Virus record (IMG/VR): IMGVR_UViG_3300031992_000011
Source: a virus
Lineage: Duplodnaviria > Caudoviricetes
Reading direction: 5' to 3' (one strand)
DNA: 64,000 bases
How positions within the stretch are numbered: the first letter of the stretch is position 1; each line of letters opens with the position of its first letter. This document shows positions 27,833 through 38,440 of the stretch, piece after piece. The position numbers and the translations under genes were made by a program. The notes under the pieces were generated by a model. The model searched no databases and was not told the DNA's origin. It was given only the letters and a program-made list of their open reading frames with translations.

Positions 27833-27864
27833 ATTTTGTTTGAATAACCAAAAACAACATCGAG

Positions 27865-30800
27865 ATGTCGCAGAACAACAAGGAAGGAAAAAGCCCGCAG
27901 GACAGCGGAAGGATTATCTATTACGACCCGAACGACGCGTTCGGGGAGATAAATGGTGTTCCGTTGACACCGGACTACAGCGAGATGTGCATTGCGTTTG
28001 ACCTTGTTGTTGAAATGGTCAACCGTTTCCGCTCAAATGGTTTGATAGGCGAGAACGGTTCCAGGAAGTTCAAATTGTCATGGCGCTCTCCGATAGCGAC
28101 AAAACCGGACGGTGAGCGCACAGAAGACTACATGACCTTCCTCCGCGGCAACGGTTCGACAAAGGAGGACGGAGGGTATCTGACGACATACTACACCGAC
28201 GTGTCCTTCGATGACCTGCGCGCCGACAGCGAAGGCGTGATAGTGGAGGGCCTCGGCGTTGAGTCTATACAGGTCGCGTTTGAGAGCTATTACGCTCCGA
28301 CTGTCAGCATAAAATTTGTGGATTACCGCGGTTCGGCCATATTCGCGAGAGAGGAACTTGTCCACAACAACGACGAGATAACTTCAGACACGATATTCGG
28401 ATGTTTCTTCACGTGTCCGTATCCGAAGTTCCGTCTTCAGATGAAAGGGTTTTTCGGCAAGCCGGTCACATATCAGCTCACTTGCTCGTCATTCAAAGGT
28501 AACCTCAACCCGTCGACCGGCAATTTTGAGGCGACTGTCACATTCATAGGATACCAGTACGGAATTTTGACCGACATACCGCTCAATTATCTGATAGCGG
28601 CGCCGTATTGCGACTACGAGGGATCAAGCTATTGGGCATCAAGGGAGAATTCACCGGAATGGGACTTGGGAGGAAGACCGATGGTCAGGTTATACGACCT
28701 GTTCCGTGACATTGAGGACGCAATGTCCGACAACGAGCTGATAAAGGGTGTGACGAACGATACGGAGGATGCGATGAACGACTCCAACGCGGAGATGGAC
28801 GCCATAAGCATCATACAGTCGCACTACACCATATTTCTCAACAGTTTCGCAGAAAAGACAGGGGCGAGCGGTTTTGTAACGACGGAAGGTGAGCATGCGC
28901 AAGTGCTATTCACCTACAAGTCAGAGGACATACAGAACATTGAAAGCGTAATCGACTCAGAATGGCGCACATTAAGTGACCTTGTCGACGACTTCAATAC
29001 GAACCATCCCGGGACACAGCTGACCGGAGGGGAAGAATCCATATTCAAGAACGGGATTGAACATACAGCGAAAGCGGTGGATTTCTTCATACTGCCGGAG
29101 AACAGGATTACATCAGCGAACAGCAAGTTGGCGAGAGTGTCATACGTACGCAAGCGAGAAGTCACCAAATACAGTCTTGAGGGTGTCGATGTCCAATCAG
29201 GGTCGTCGATAACGAAGGACATGTCGGAGGCGATATACAACACGTTCGTTGAAGGGAACTCAAATGACAACAGGTGTGACAGGTACGCGTACCTATTGGA
29301 CATGGGCGGTGTACTATACAGATGCAATGACAGAATCAGGGCGATAAGGAAAGACCTCAACACCGCAAAGGAGAACCGGGAGGAGATGTACATCAGACTG
29401 GCCGACGCCAAACTTCATGTCATACCGAGGATAGGGAACATATTCAAGATTATATGCGCCCATATCGAGACATTCGCCCACATGATGTATGAGCTCAACA
29501 AGCGCGTCAGCCAGAACTCTTCGGCGAGAACGCCGTCAATGCTCGGTGTGAACATAAACAGGACTGACGTGTCACCCGGCGCCACAACAACCATACCGGC
29601 GTGGCCGATGATATACGCGTCACAGAACAGCGACACCGTGTACTCGATAGACGAGACGGAGGACAATGTCTTCGGGTGGGTCGGTGACTTCAGCCACAAT
29701 TTTGAGGAGGAGAAACTGATACGCGCACTCTATGCGGCTTCATACAAGGCGACCGGCGGCGGTCTTGACTATGACAAATACAAATACACAGTGAGATATC
29801 TTCCGATGTTCCCGATGGATGTGGTCTTGAACGGTTCTCCGTTCTCTTCCATAGGCGGAATATCGGACGAACGCAGGACAATATCTGAGCTTGCCGGATA
29901 CATCGGTATGAGAACAGCGCAGATTTTCGGAATTTGCGAGCCGGAGAAGGTAGACGACGGATTGGCCAAAGCGATAGGAATGGTGGACGCGTTCAATTTC
30001 TACGCGCAGGTCAAAGACAGACAACTGATAAGCGAGAGGATACTGAACGTAACAAAGGAAGACACATTGAAAAAGGCGCTTTATGGAATCATGCTATGCG
30101 ACGAAAACTATGACAAGTACGCCGTCACCAACGAAAACGGAAAAAGCGCCCATGTGTTTGAGACTAACAAATGTGTCCAGCCAAAGGTAAAAGAGCAAAG
30201 ACACCCGATATATGTCGAAGACGGTGGAAATCTGCAGTATGTGCATTATGTGACAAAGGAAAAACACGGAATACTCCCGTCCCAGACGCCATCCTTCAAG
30301 GCAAAATCATTCAATTACAGTTATGTGGCGGACACCGATGAACCATACTTCACCGTCAACAGCGACGGATACAAAGATTTGCTGTACAACGCCGCAGACG
30401 ACGCGGAGGATGTGTTCGGAAAAGACAACTCCGACATTGACACAGGATTATTCACCGTGTTGGATCCCAAAATATCCACGGGAATGATATCCCGCTACAG
30501 CGAGATGAACACCGGCGAGTTCAAGATCAACGGCGAACCGGAAAAACTTGAAGAAATCAAAAAGGTGCTGGACAGGTACTGGAAAATCGGGAAATCAAGT
30601 TATAGCAATTACATTTCCCCGGGCATGGGTCTTACGGACCGCTATGACAAAATCGGGGTCGCAAATCTGCTGTGGACCAACGGAAGACCAAAAGACGGGA
30701 ATTTCTCGCCGTGGCACGTAATTCATGAAGTCACCGACGCGAAACATTCCGCCACATACGACATCGAAAGCGGCGAATTCAAAGTCGGGGAAGAAAAAGA

Positions 30801-33399
30801 GACGAGCGAGATAAACACTCTTTGCGTCTCGTTATTGCGGGCATACACCATAATAGGCGGACGGAACACGGTAGTGTCATCGCTTTTCGGACATAAGATG
30901 TACGTGCAACAGACGGACACAAGTTCGAAGGCATACCTATTCCTCCTTGCCCTTCCGTTCAATTACACCAAAACACCTGGAATATTATACGACAGCAACA
31001 GGCACGCGAGAATAGAAGGTGTCCCATACGGGTACGCGCTAGGCCTTGGCGCAATACTGTGGAGGCAAAAGAAGATGTCTGGCGGCCAAGGAGGCGATCC
31101 GATCATATGGGACGGATACGAGCCCGCCGGACCGAATGAAAGCGCCTACTACCATAACACCGGGGACAAAGGGTTCGTCGGGTTTGTCCCGAAGGGAATG
31201 TCCACCAACTTTTCGCGGGTTGACTACAGTAAATTGTCACGGATCAGTGCGCCGGAAAAAAATGAACTGATACGGCATTTTGAGGATTTCGTCAACAGTC
31301 CGGAATGGGCGAAAATACGGTATGCGACGGACATATACTCACCGGACAACGCCAAGAAGATAGAGGAGATGACCAAACTCTTCTTCGACATGATGGACAC
31401 CGACACCGAACACACGGAACAGAAAGACAAGACTGTCGACATGGAAATCGCCGACAAGTGGGTAAAAGCGCTGTTCTCCTCGTTCAAGTGCAGAGGAAAC
31501 AACGCGTTCTGCTACGCGTGCGGAAATTTTGCCTTACACGACAACCCGAACAAAGACTCCATGATACTGCTGATGAGGGACGATTGTGAGGCGCAGGAGA
31601 TAATACGCGCCCTCATACGCTATGAAGTGCTATTTGCGGACGCGTACGGAAACAAGTCAGGGGAAAAACCCGGACAATACAGCGACATCACAGTAGACAA
31701 GTCCAATCTCGATTCATATCTTGACGGTTTCTCGTCCAAGCTGAACGAACTGGCGACAAAAAACATGGAGGGCGTCGTTGTGTCCGACACCGAAGTGGAG
31801 GTCGAGAAGAACAAAGAGATAGAGTACAACCGCGACATCATGGTGTCCATGTACAGATATCTGAAGAATGTATGGGACAAGTGGCTGATAGCGATGACTG
31901 AGGACGAGTTCCGTGTCGAGAACTTCTTCAACAAACACTTCCGTTTCATCGACATGATGTACCGGGACATATATGACCGGATGATGATAAATTGTGAGAC
32001 CTTGTTGGATTCTTACAATTCCGTCCGCGCCAACAAGGACATCACGGTGTTCAAGTTCATGGGTGACATAGCGACGGATCACCACTGCATGTTTTTGGCG
32101 CTGCCGGACTTCATCGTCCTCGGTGACGACGACAAACAGAAGGCAATGGGCGAGATGCAGAAAATTTTCACGCCGATGCCGTATGTGGACATGCCGGAAC
32201 CGAACAACTGGAACTTCTTTGTTTTCATATACTGCTCGAACATATCGGAGAATATCGGTTCATTGAACGGGTACACTGACGATACGTTGAACATATGGAG
32301 CTGCAACGGAGTGGAAGCGAACGCTTCAGGTTCTTTCAAGAAGTCGAATTTCTTGAGTGACAACGAGACACGGTACGGATACAATGTCCCGTCATTTGGC
32401 GTGACATTCGGCAGACAGAACAACCATCTGTTCAAGAACATAAGCGTGAACATGGAATCGCCGGTGATGACAAGCGCCGCAATAAACACGCTGTCACACA
32501 TAGCTCTCAAGGGCGCCGGCAACGACCACGCTATCGCATATGTGGGTCAGGACACATATCCGGTGTTTTCGAACTACTCGTTCCAGTGCGAGGTCGAGAT
32601 GATGGGGGACGCTCAGATACAACCTCTGATGTACTTCCAGCTGATGAATGTGCCGCTGTGGAGGGGGACTTACATGATATTCAACGTAAGGCACACAATG
32701 ACACCGGGGAACATGGTGACAACCTTCACAGGCATGAAGATGGCGAACCGGAGTGTGAACTACACGAACGCGTGGTTCACGAAAAAGGTCAACTACAATG
32801 AAACCAAGAACGGTAACGCGGCATCGTCAAAATGCGGGCCCGAAACAACAGACACTGAGACGACAGCAGAGGCCGGACCTGTCCTCAAACCGGTTGCGGC
32901 GCTTAGAAAACTTTTTGACGGAAACGACGTCGACCGCAGCTGGCCAAACGCAAGACCCAAGTCATGGTATGACCAATTCATTGTCTCTGCCGAAATCATG
33001 GTGAGGACATCGCCTAACGGCACCCCGGTCAAGGGTTCCGTCCAAATAAACAAGCACTTGGTCAAGAATGTGCAGGGCATATTCAATGAACTGCTGAACG
33101 TGCCCGGATTCTATGTGCAATACAAATCAGTCTACGGATACGACTACCGTGCCGTCAGGACACCCGGGAAAAAATCAAACAGGATGTCGAACCATGGTTT
33201 TGGGTGTGCCATCGATTTGTGGTCGAAGATTAACCCGTACAACACGAATGAGAAAGCCCCGAAGACGGGTGACACGAGCGACCCGATACGTTTCCGTTCT
33301 TTTGACCATCCGGTCGTGAAGGTATTTAAGAAGTATGGATTTGACTGGGGCGGACGGTATGGAGATTACATGCATTTCTCATATCCGGCCGGTGGATAA
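27865..33399 (+). CDS. baseplate hub-like protein with a C-terminal M15-family peptidoglycan peptidase
   Basis: Hub-like VEMMGDAQIQP..YFQL..G.Y.I..V.H motif, and C-terminal R...SNHGFGCAID...WGG...DYMHFS. Confidence 0.8.
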   Translation: MSQNNKEGKSPQDSGRIIYYDPNDAFGEINGVPLTPDYSEMCIAFDLVVEMVNRFRSNGLIGENGSRKFKLSWRSPIATKPDGERTEDYMTFLRGNGSTKEDGGYLTTYYTDVSFDDLRADSEGVIVEGLGVESIQVAFESYYAPTVSIKFVDYRGSAIFAREELVHNNDEITSDTIFGCFFTCPYPKFRLQMKGFFGKPVTYQLTCSSFKGNLNPSTGNFEATVTFIGYQYGILTDIPLNYLIAAPYCDYEGSSYWASRENSPEWDLGGRPMVRLYDLFRDIEDAMSDNELIKGVTNDTEDAMNDSNAEMDAISIIQSHYTIFLNSFAEKTGASGFVTTEGEHAQVLFTYKSEDIQNIESVIDSEWRTLSDLVDDFNTNHPGTQLTGGEESIFKNGIEHTAKAVDFFILPENRITSANSKLARVSYVRKREVTKYSLEGVDVQSGSSITKDMSEAIYNTFVEGNSNDNRCDRYAYLLDMGGVLYRCNDRIRAIRKDLNTAKENREEMYIRLADAKLHVIPRIGNIFKIICAHIETFAHMMYELNKRVSQNSSARTPSMLGVNINRTDVSPGATTTIPAWPMIYASQNSDTVYSIDETEDNVFGWVGDFSHNFEEEKLIRALYAASYKATGGGLDYDKYKYTVRYLPMFPMDVVLNGSPFSSIGGISDERRTISELAGYIGMRTAQIFGICEPEKVDDGLAKAIGMVDAFNFYAQVKDRQLISERILNVTKEDTLKKALYGIMLCDENYDKYAVTNENGKSAHVFETNKCVQPKVKEQRHPIYVEDGGNLQYVHYVTKEKHGILPSQTPSFKAKSFNYSYVADTDEPYFTVNSDGYKDLLYNAADDAEDVFGKDNSDIDTGLFTVLDPKISTGMISRYSEMNTGEFKINGEPEKLEEIKKVLDRYWKIGKSSYSNYISPGMGLTDRYDKIGVANLLWTNGRPKDGNFSPWHVIHEVTDAKHSATYDIESGEFKVGEEKETSEINTLCVSLLRAYTIIGGRNTVVSSLFGHKMYVQQTDTSSKAYLFLLALPFNYTKTPGILYDSNRHARIEGVPYGYALGLGAILWRQKKMSGGQGGDPIIWDGYEPAGPNESAYYHNTGDKGFVGFVPKGMSTNFSRVDYSKLSRISAPEKNELIRHFEDFVNSPEWAKIRYATDIYSPDNAKKIEEMTKLFFDMMDTDTEHTEQKDKTVDMEIADKWVKALFSSFKCRGNNAFCYACGNFALHDNPNKDSMILLMRDDCEAQEIIRALIRYEVLFADAYGNKSGEKPGQYSDITVDKSNLDSYLDGFSSKLNELATKNMEGVVVSDTEVEVEKNKEIEYNRDIMVSMYRYLKNVWDKWLIAMTEDEFRVENFFNKHFRFIDMMYRDIYDRMMINCETLLDSYNSVRANKDITVFKFMGDIATDHHCMFLALPDFIVLGDDDKQKAMGEMQKIFTPMPYVDMPEPNNWNFFVFIYCSNISENIGSLNGYTDDTLNIWSCNGVEANASGSFKKSNFLSDNETRYGYNVPSFGVTFGRQNNHLFKNISVNMESPVMTSAAINTLSHIALKGAGNDHAIAYVGQDTYPVFSNYSFQCEVEMMGDAQIQPLMYFQLMNVPLWRGTYMIFNVRHTMTPGNMVTTFTGMKMANRSVNYTNAWFTKKVNYNETKNGNAASSKCGPETTDTETTAEAGPVLKPVAALRKLFDGNDVDRSWPNARPKSWYDQFIVSAEIMVRTSPNGTPVKGSVQINKHLVKNVQGIFNELLNVPGFYVQYKSVYGYDYRAVRTPGKKSNRMSNHGFGCAIDLWSKINPYNTNEKAPKTGDTSDPIRFRSFDHPVVKVFKKYGFDWGGRYGDYMHFSYPAGG

Positions 33400-33420
33400 C
33401 GATTTAAAAACACATCAATT

Positions 33421-34764
33421 ATGAGCAAATGTGCGGTGACAGGTGTGCCAAGCGCGTCGACAAAAGAGGGAAAAATGCTATACATGGCCGGCAGACTTTT
33501 AAAAGAAGGGGTGCTTGGCCAACAACTTACACCAACACAGGTCTGCGCGATAGTCGGAAACGCAGGACATGAAAGCGGCGGATACAGACCGGATGCGTAC
33601 AATCCAAACGACAGAGGCGCGCCTGGTGGCGGGTTGTTTGGTTTCCGCGGCGCGACAGGCGAATATTTTGAGGAAATGAAGCAATTTTGTGCAAGACAAG
33701 GAAAGGACTGGAAAAGTTCAATCGAAGCGCAGCTGACCTTCTTCATGACGGTACGGAAAAGCAACCACACAAGATGGCTCAATTGGATAAAGAAACACCC
33801 GAACGAAGGGCTGTACGACGCGACCGTCGCTTTCTGCCGAAAGTGGGAAGTGGGGGACTGGGCCCGCGACAGATATAATTACGCCAAAAAAGTGGCAGAA
33901 CTGTTGAAGAAGTATGAAGGATGCGAGGTCACAATCGACGAAGAACCCGGAAGCACAGAGTCAACATGGCCGTGCGACCAACTGTCCAGCACTGAATTGG
34001 ATGAAATGTACACAAGTTTAGACGCGGCGCTCAACGGCGAATATTCAGGACGCGAAATCGCAATAGTCGGGGACTCTTGGTCGGCCGGACTGATTAATGC
34101 GATACCTGAAATGAAAGGCATATACAATTGCCAATATTGTGTAGGTTCAAAAAAAGTTAAATGGTGCGCCGATCAGGTGAAGAACGTGGTCGATCAAGGG
34201 GCAAAAATCGGAATTTTTATATGCGGACTGAACAGCGCCTACTCCAAATTCAGCGACAGCAGCACAGGTCGCGACAGGATGTCGACCGGACTGTACAATG
34301 AATACGGTTATTTGGTTGATGAATGCGATCGCTGCGGACTAACCGGGGCAGTAATAACGTCTTTCCCGTACACAAAGCATTCCGATATCAAAAAAAAGTC
34401 ATCGTCCATGTTTTCTGACGCCATGGCGGACAACCACAACAAGACGCTTCAACATATCATTGACCTAAAAAACAGAACCGCCATAAACTGCAAATTCGAA
34501 TATTGCAATATAACAACCGGACTAAAGGATGCGAGAGACCATATGTCCGAAGGCGGGTTTCATCTCGAACGAACGGAAGATTTCAAAAAATTACGCGATC
34601 TGATAGGTACTTCCCTGTATAGGTTAAACAACAAACTCCAAAAACGTGAGGAAGAAGTAGAACGGGTACATGCAGGGTCATTGGACTACGGGAGAGAAAA
34701 TAAGCAGACGGCGACATGGCAAGACTATTTTAACAATTTGTTGTCGATGAACGGGAAAAAATAA
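33421..34764 (+). CDS. phage tail lysozyme domain fused to an SGNH/GDSL hydrolase domain
   Basis: AIVGNAGHESG...GGGLFGF...QL.F for the lysozyme, and IAIVGDSWSAG...GLN...GGFHL for the SGNH domain. Confidence 0.75.
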   Translation: MSKCAVTGVPSASTKEGKMLYMAGRLLKEGVLGQQLTPTQVCAIVGNAGHESGGYRPDAYNPNDRGAPGGGLFGFRGATGEYFEEMKQFCARQGKDWKSSIEAQLTFFMTVRKSNHTRWLNWIKKHPNEGLYDATVAFCRKWEVGDWARDRYNYAKKVAELLKKYEGCEVTIDEEPGSTESTWPCDQLSSTELDEMYTSLDAALNGEYSGREIAIVGDSWSAGLINAIPEMKGIYNCQYCVGSKKVKWCADQVKNVVDQGAKIGIFICGLNSAYSKFSDSSTGRDRMSTGLYNEYGYLVDECDRCGLTGAVITSFPYTKHSDIKKKSSSMFSDAMADNHNKTLQHIIDLKNRTAINCKFEYCNITTGLKDARDHMSEGGFHLERTEDFKKLRDLIGTSLYRLNNKLQKREEEVERVHAGSLDYGRENKQTATWQDYFNNLLSMNGKK

Positions 34765-34784
34765 ACAATTTTTAACCTTACCAA

Positions 34785-34816
34785 TTTGCGAAGATGTCAT
34801 ATTTTATCTATCTTTG
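34785..34816 (+). promoter_or_regulatory. Bacteroidota sigmaA-type promoter
   Basis: TTTG 34785-34788, 20 nt, then TATCTTTG 34809-34816. Confidence 0.75.
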
Positions 34817-34837
34817 TGCCGGAAAAAATAACAGAAA

Positions 34838-35455
34838 ATGTCCGGCAAGATAGGCAACATAGTATCAAGCAGGAGACCTCCCGGATTCGGACCGCAATTC
34901 AACCTGATACAGGACATCAAGGACGAGGACAAAAACCTGCCGACACTGGTGATAGGATATGACAACGCATCCAAGATGATAGACGAATTTTCCGTACTTG
35001 ACACAAGGAGTTACGACAACGGAAGGGTGTGGTGGGCATTCAAGAAGACCGAACGACGCTCGGAACACGAGTCCGTGCTGTCCGAATTCAGGACATACGC
35101 AATAAAGAAGGCGCTCGGGGAGATAAAGTATGTGTACATAGATTTCATCTGCTACAGCATGGAGCGAGTGAAAGCGCTGATAAGCTTCATGTACAGTCCA
35201 AAAAGGAAATTCATCTTTGTCACCCGCAATGATTCATTCATGTTCATATACTGTCCGGAATATCCTGTCGTGTGGGGCATATCACTCTCATTGTGCGAGT
35301 ATATAGGCATATCAGCAGCCAAAGTCATCAACAAGGTTGTCTCGAACCGGTTCAACGAACTGATAAAAGGAACCTCATTCATAGACCGGGAACTACGCAA
35401 GCACATCGGTAACGACACGCATTACATACCGGCCCTTTATCATATTTTGCGGTAG
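34838..35455 (+). CDS. hypothetical protein
   Basis: 205-aa ORF (LPTLVIGY motif) directly behind the promoter. Confidence 0.8.
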   Translation: MSGKIGNIVSSRRPPGFGPQFNLIQDIKDEDKNLPTLVIGYDNASKMIDEFSVLDTRSYDNGRVWWAFKKTERRSEHESVLSEFRTYAIKKALGEIKYVYIDFICYSMERVKALISFMYSPKRKFIFVTRNDSFMFIYCPEYPVVWGISLSLCEYIGISAAKVINKVVSNRFNELIKGTSFIDRELRKHIGNDTHYIPALYHILR

Positions 35456-35487
35456 CATTATATTTAAAAGAAGAAATAAACCTGATT

Positions 35488-35805
35488 ATGCCACAAAGAT
35501 TCATCAGAAGGAGCAGGCGTGACAAGTTTGTCCGCATACCGGACCGGCGAAACACGCCGACATACACTGTAGTCGCCGTGGATGAGAACAAAGACGGCGA
35601 AACGAAGGAAAAAGATAACACAAAGAAAAAAAGCAACAAGGACATGACTGACAATCTCGACAAGATAAAGGACGCGCTCGGAATCGACGCCAAGACACCG
35701 AAGAAAAAGGTGAAAGTGGAGAAGAAGGACAGGGGCCTTTTCGAAAGGACAGAGGAAAGCACAATCCTCATCACCGAAGACAATAAGATGGTTCTCAACG
35801 ATTGA
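35488..35805 (+). CDS. hypothetical Lys-rich protein
   Basis: 105-aa ORF with TATTTAA at 35461. Confidence 0.65.
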   Translation: MPQRFIRRSRRDKFVRIPDRRNTPTYTVVAVDENKDGETKEKDNTKKKSNKDMTDNLDKIKDALGIDAKTPKKKVKVEKKDRGLFERTEESTILITEDNKMVLND

Positions 35806-35811
35806 CAACCC

Positions 35812-36645
35812 ATGTACCCGAGAAAAAAGAGCAAACTTTACGAATTCACCATATCCAGTTCAATGAGGGAGGACGACGACCAGCAACAGGCGCAGAACAA
35901 TCCGAACGGAAATGGACAGATGGGTGGAGGGAACCAGCAGGACTTCGGAGCGACTGGTGCTGATGGGATGCAGCAGGGTGACGTTCCTATGCAAGGGATG
36001 TCACCTGACATGGGAAACGCCGGCGGAATGCCGCAAGGCGGTCAACCGGACATGGGTGCACAGCCAAACGCCAACGGACAGGAAGGCATGCCGGAAACAG
36101 AACCGCAAGCGGACATGGCGCAAGGTCTCGACATACCGGATGACGGAATGGGCGGATTTGACGGCCCGGTGGAGGATATTGACATGGATGTCGATCCGGA
36201 CACTATGCAACCCGGAGACGAGGTGATCGACGTGGACGAACTGACAAATGCTCAAGAAATGTCGGCGGAGAAGATTGACGGAGTCGACGAGAAACTGACG
36301 ACATTGGGGCAAGTCGTGAAAAAGTTCATCGCCGCGATAGAACAGAACGACGCGAAGATTGACGAACTGAAAGCGGAATTCGAGAAAAGGAATCCGACAC
36401 AGCAGGAAAAATTCAACATCCGGTCACAGGCATCAGGACCTTTCACTGAAAGTCCCAGGGAATTTTGGGAGAAGAAGGTTGCGTCAAACCCGAATTATCA
36501 GGTGATGTACAACAATGAAGTCCCGACAAAGGACGAGCAGCAGGAGTTCGAACTCAGGAAGACTGACATCGACGGTATGCCTGACAAGTCAGTCGCCGAC
36601 TCGTTTGACTATCCGACCAAACTGAAGGACATTCTCAGTTTTTAA
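35812..36645 (+). CDS. acidic low-complexity/coiled-coil protein, possibly scaffold-like
   Basis: Gln/Gly/Met/Pro/Asp-rich N-terminal half followed by a coiled coil. Confidence 0.65.
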   Translation: MYPRKKSKLYEFTISSSMREDDDQQQAQNNPNGNGQMGGGNQQDFGATGADGMQQGDVPMQGMSPDMGNAGGMPQGGQPDMGAQPNANGQEGMPETEPQADMAQGLDIPDDGMGGFDGPVEDIDMDVDPDTMQPGDEVIDVDELTNAQEMSAEKIDGVDEKLTTLGQVVKKFIAAIEQNDAKIDELKAEFEKRNPTQQEKFNIRSQASGPFTESPREFWEKKVASNPNYQVMYNNEVPTKDEQQEFELRKTDIDGMPDKSVADSFDYPTKLKDILSF

Positions 36646-36666
36646 AAGAACTCGTTCATAAGCATG

Positions 36667-36703
36667 GTGCGGGTCAGCGAAAAAAAATCTGATCCGCACT
36701 TTT
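36667..36703 (+). terminator. intrinsic terminator
   Basis: GTGCGGGTCAG...CTGATCCGCAC-TTTT. Confidence 0.75.
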
Positions 36704-36724
36704 CATGAAAAAATTGTTAAATAT

Positions 36725-36755
36725 TTTGGCGATACAACATAAAGTAGTATCTTTG
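36725..36755 (+). promoter_or_regulatory. Bacteroidota sigmaA-type promoter for the replication operon
   Basis: TTTG 36725-36728, 19 nt, then TATCTTTG 36748-36755. Confidence 0.78.
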
Positions 36756-36803
36756 TATTAGAAAAGTGATGTAGCACTATAACTAGATTAAACATAAACA
36801 AAA

Positions 36804-37754
36804 ATGGCAGCAAACTATGTAAACATCAGTCCGGATGCTATTGAGGCACAGCGTACTGCTCTCGAATCAGAGAAGACTTCATTCAAACCAAGAGTGGAGT
36901 TCAACGAGAAGAACTATCTCAACCTCAGGGTCGAACCGGGCAAAAACGAGAAAATTGTCACCGTGAGGATACTGCCGGTCAGCGCCACTGACGGGAGGGC
37001 GTTTTTCACAATAAACACACACTCCCTCAAGGTAAGTCCGGAAATCTCAAAGAGCGGATTCAAATCATTCATATGCCTTAATGACGAGAACCTCACCGAG
37101 GGGAAAGACCATGCAGAGTGCCCGTTGTGCGCAAAATCCAAGGAATTGTACAAACTTGCCGACGCCTGTACAGACGACATCGAGAAGAAGGCGCTCGTGA
37201 AAGAGGCCGGTCAGTACAAGGCAAAGCGGACATTCATCGTCAGGGTCATTGACCGTGCGCACGAGGACGAAGGCGTGAAGTTCTGGCGTTTCAACGAACA
37301 TCGCAACGGAGACGGGTTCTATGATCAGCTCATGAACCTGTACACAATCAGGAACAACGAGGCGGTCAACGCCGGAATCGAGGGCGGGTTCAACATATTC
37401 GACCTCAAGCATGGAAAAGACATCGTCATCACATTGAAGTATGACGCAGTGAACAAGAAGACCGTGTCGTCTATCACAGACGCCGGTTTCGCCACACCTC
37501 TCGCAAAGACGGATGAGCAGATCGCTGAATGGGTCAACGACCAAAAGACGTGGAGGGACATCTATGCTTCAAAGAGTCACGGGTATCTACAGATTGTGGC
37601 TGACGGGGGCATTCCATATTATGACAAAGAAAGTTCTTCGTGGAAAGCAAAGAACAGCAACGAAAGTGCGGCGGTCCAAGCGGACTACACACCTCAGACG
37701 GTAGTGCCTGAAGCGACTCCGGCTGCGCTTGACGAAAGCGACCTTCCTTTCTAA
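36804..37754 (+). CDS. single-stranded DNA-binding protein, T4 gp32-like
   Basis: VRILP, C..CPLC zinc ligands, G.DI.IT and an acidic DLPF C-terminus. Confidence 0.88.
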   Translation: MAANYVNISPDAIEAQRTALESEKTSFKPRVEFNEKNYLNLRVEPGKNEKIVTVRILPVSATDGRAFFTINTHSLKVSPEISKSGFKSFICLNDENLTEGKDHAECPLCAKSKELYKLADACTDDIEKKALVKEAGQYKAKRTFIVRVIDRAHEDEGVKFWRFNEHRNGDGFYDQLMNLYTIRNNEAVNAGIEGGFNIFDLKHGKDIVITLKYDAVNKKTVSSITDAGFATPLAKTDEQIAEWVNDQKTWRDIYASKSHGYLQIVADGGIPYYDKESSSWKAKNSNESAAVQADYTPQTVVPEATPAALDESDLPF

Positions 37755-37808
37755 GCAAAAATGATTTATCACGGGTGCTGCCGTCGGCGGCACCCAATAT
37801 CAACAAAA

Positions 37809-38438
37809 ATGTCTAAACTTTATTTCAAGTATGGACCGATGGGTTCGGCCAAAAGCGCGATGCTGCTGATAACGGCACATTCGTTCGAGGAACGCGGAAT
37901 ACCTTTCCTCTGCATAAGTCCACAGGCCGACACCAGAAATGGTGACAGTGTCATATGGTCGCGTATAGGGGCAAAGAGGGATTGTGTGTCCGTCATCGAC
38001 AGCGACAACATATATGACCTCATCATCGACTATTCAACTGTCGCGGTTGAGGGGTACCTGTACAAGGCGCCAAAATGGATATTGGTGGACGAATGCCAAT
38101 TCCTCACGAGCGAACAGGTGGATCAACTTGCGATGATTGTCGACAGACTTGACATCAATGTCATATGCTACGGACTAAGGACTGATTTCAAGACGAAACT
38201 TTTCGACGCGTCCAAGAGACTGATGGAACTTGCCGATGACATAGAAGAAATGAAGATATCATGCGAATGTGGACGAAAGGCGATAATAAACGCAAGGATA
38301 GACCATGACGGGCATGTCATAACCGACGGCGAACAGGTCGTGATAGGGGGTGATGACATGTACAAGGTAATGTGCAGAAAATGCTATACTGAGGCAGTAT
38401 TCGAACAACAACAAATGAGAATTAAAAACAATAACTAA
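37809..38438 (+). CDS. tdk: thymidine kinase
   Basis: YGPMGSAKS, ILVDECQF, YGLRTDF, CECG and CRKCY. Start set at ATG 37809. Confidence 0.95.
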   Translation: MSKLYFKYGPMGSAKSAMLLITAHSFEERGIPFLCISPQADTRNGDSVIWSRIGAKRDCVSVIDSDNIYDLIIDYSTVAVEGYLYKAPKWILVDECQFLTSEQVDQLAMIVDRLDINVICYGLRTDFKTKLFDASKRLMELADDIEEMKISCECGRKAIINARIDHDGHVITDGEQVVIGGDDMYKVMCRKCYTEAVFEQQQMRIKNNN

Positions 38439-38440
38439 CA

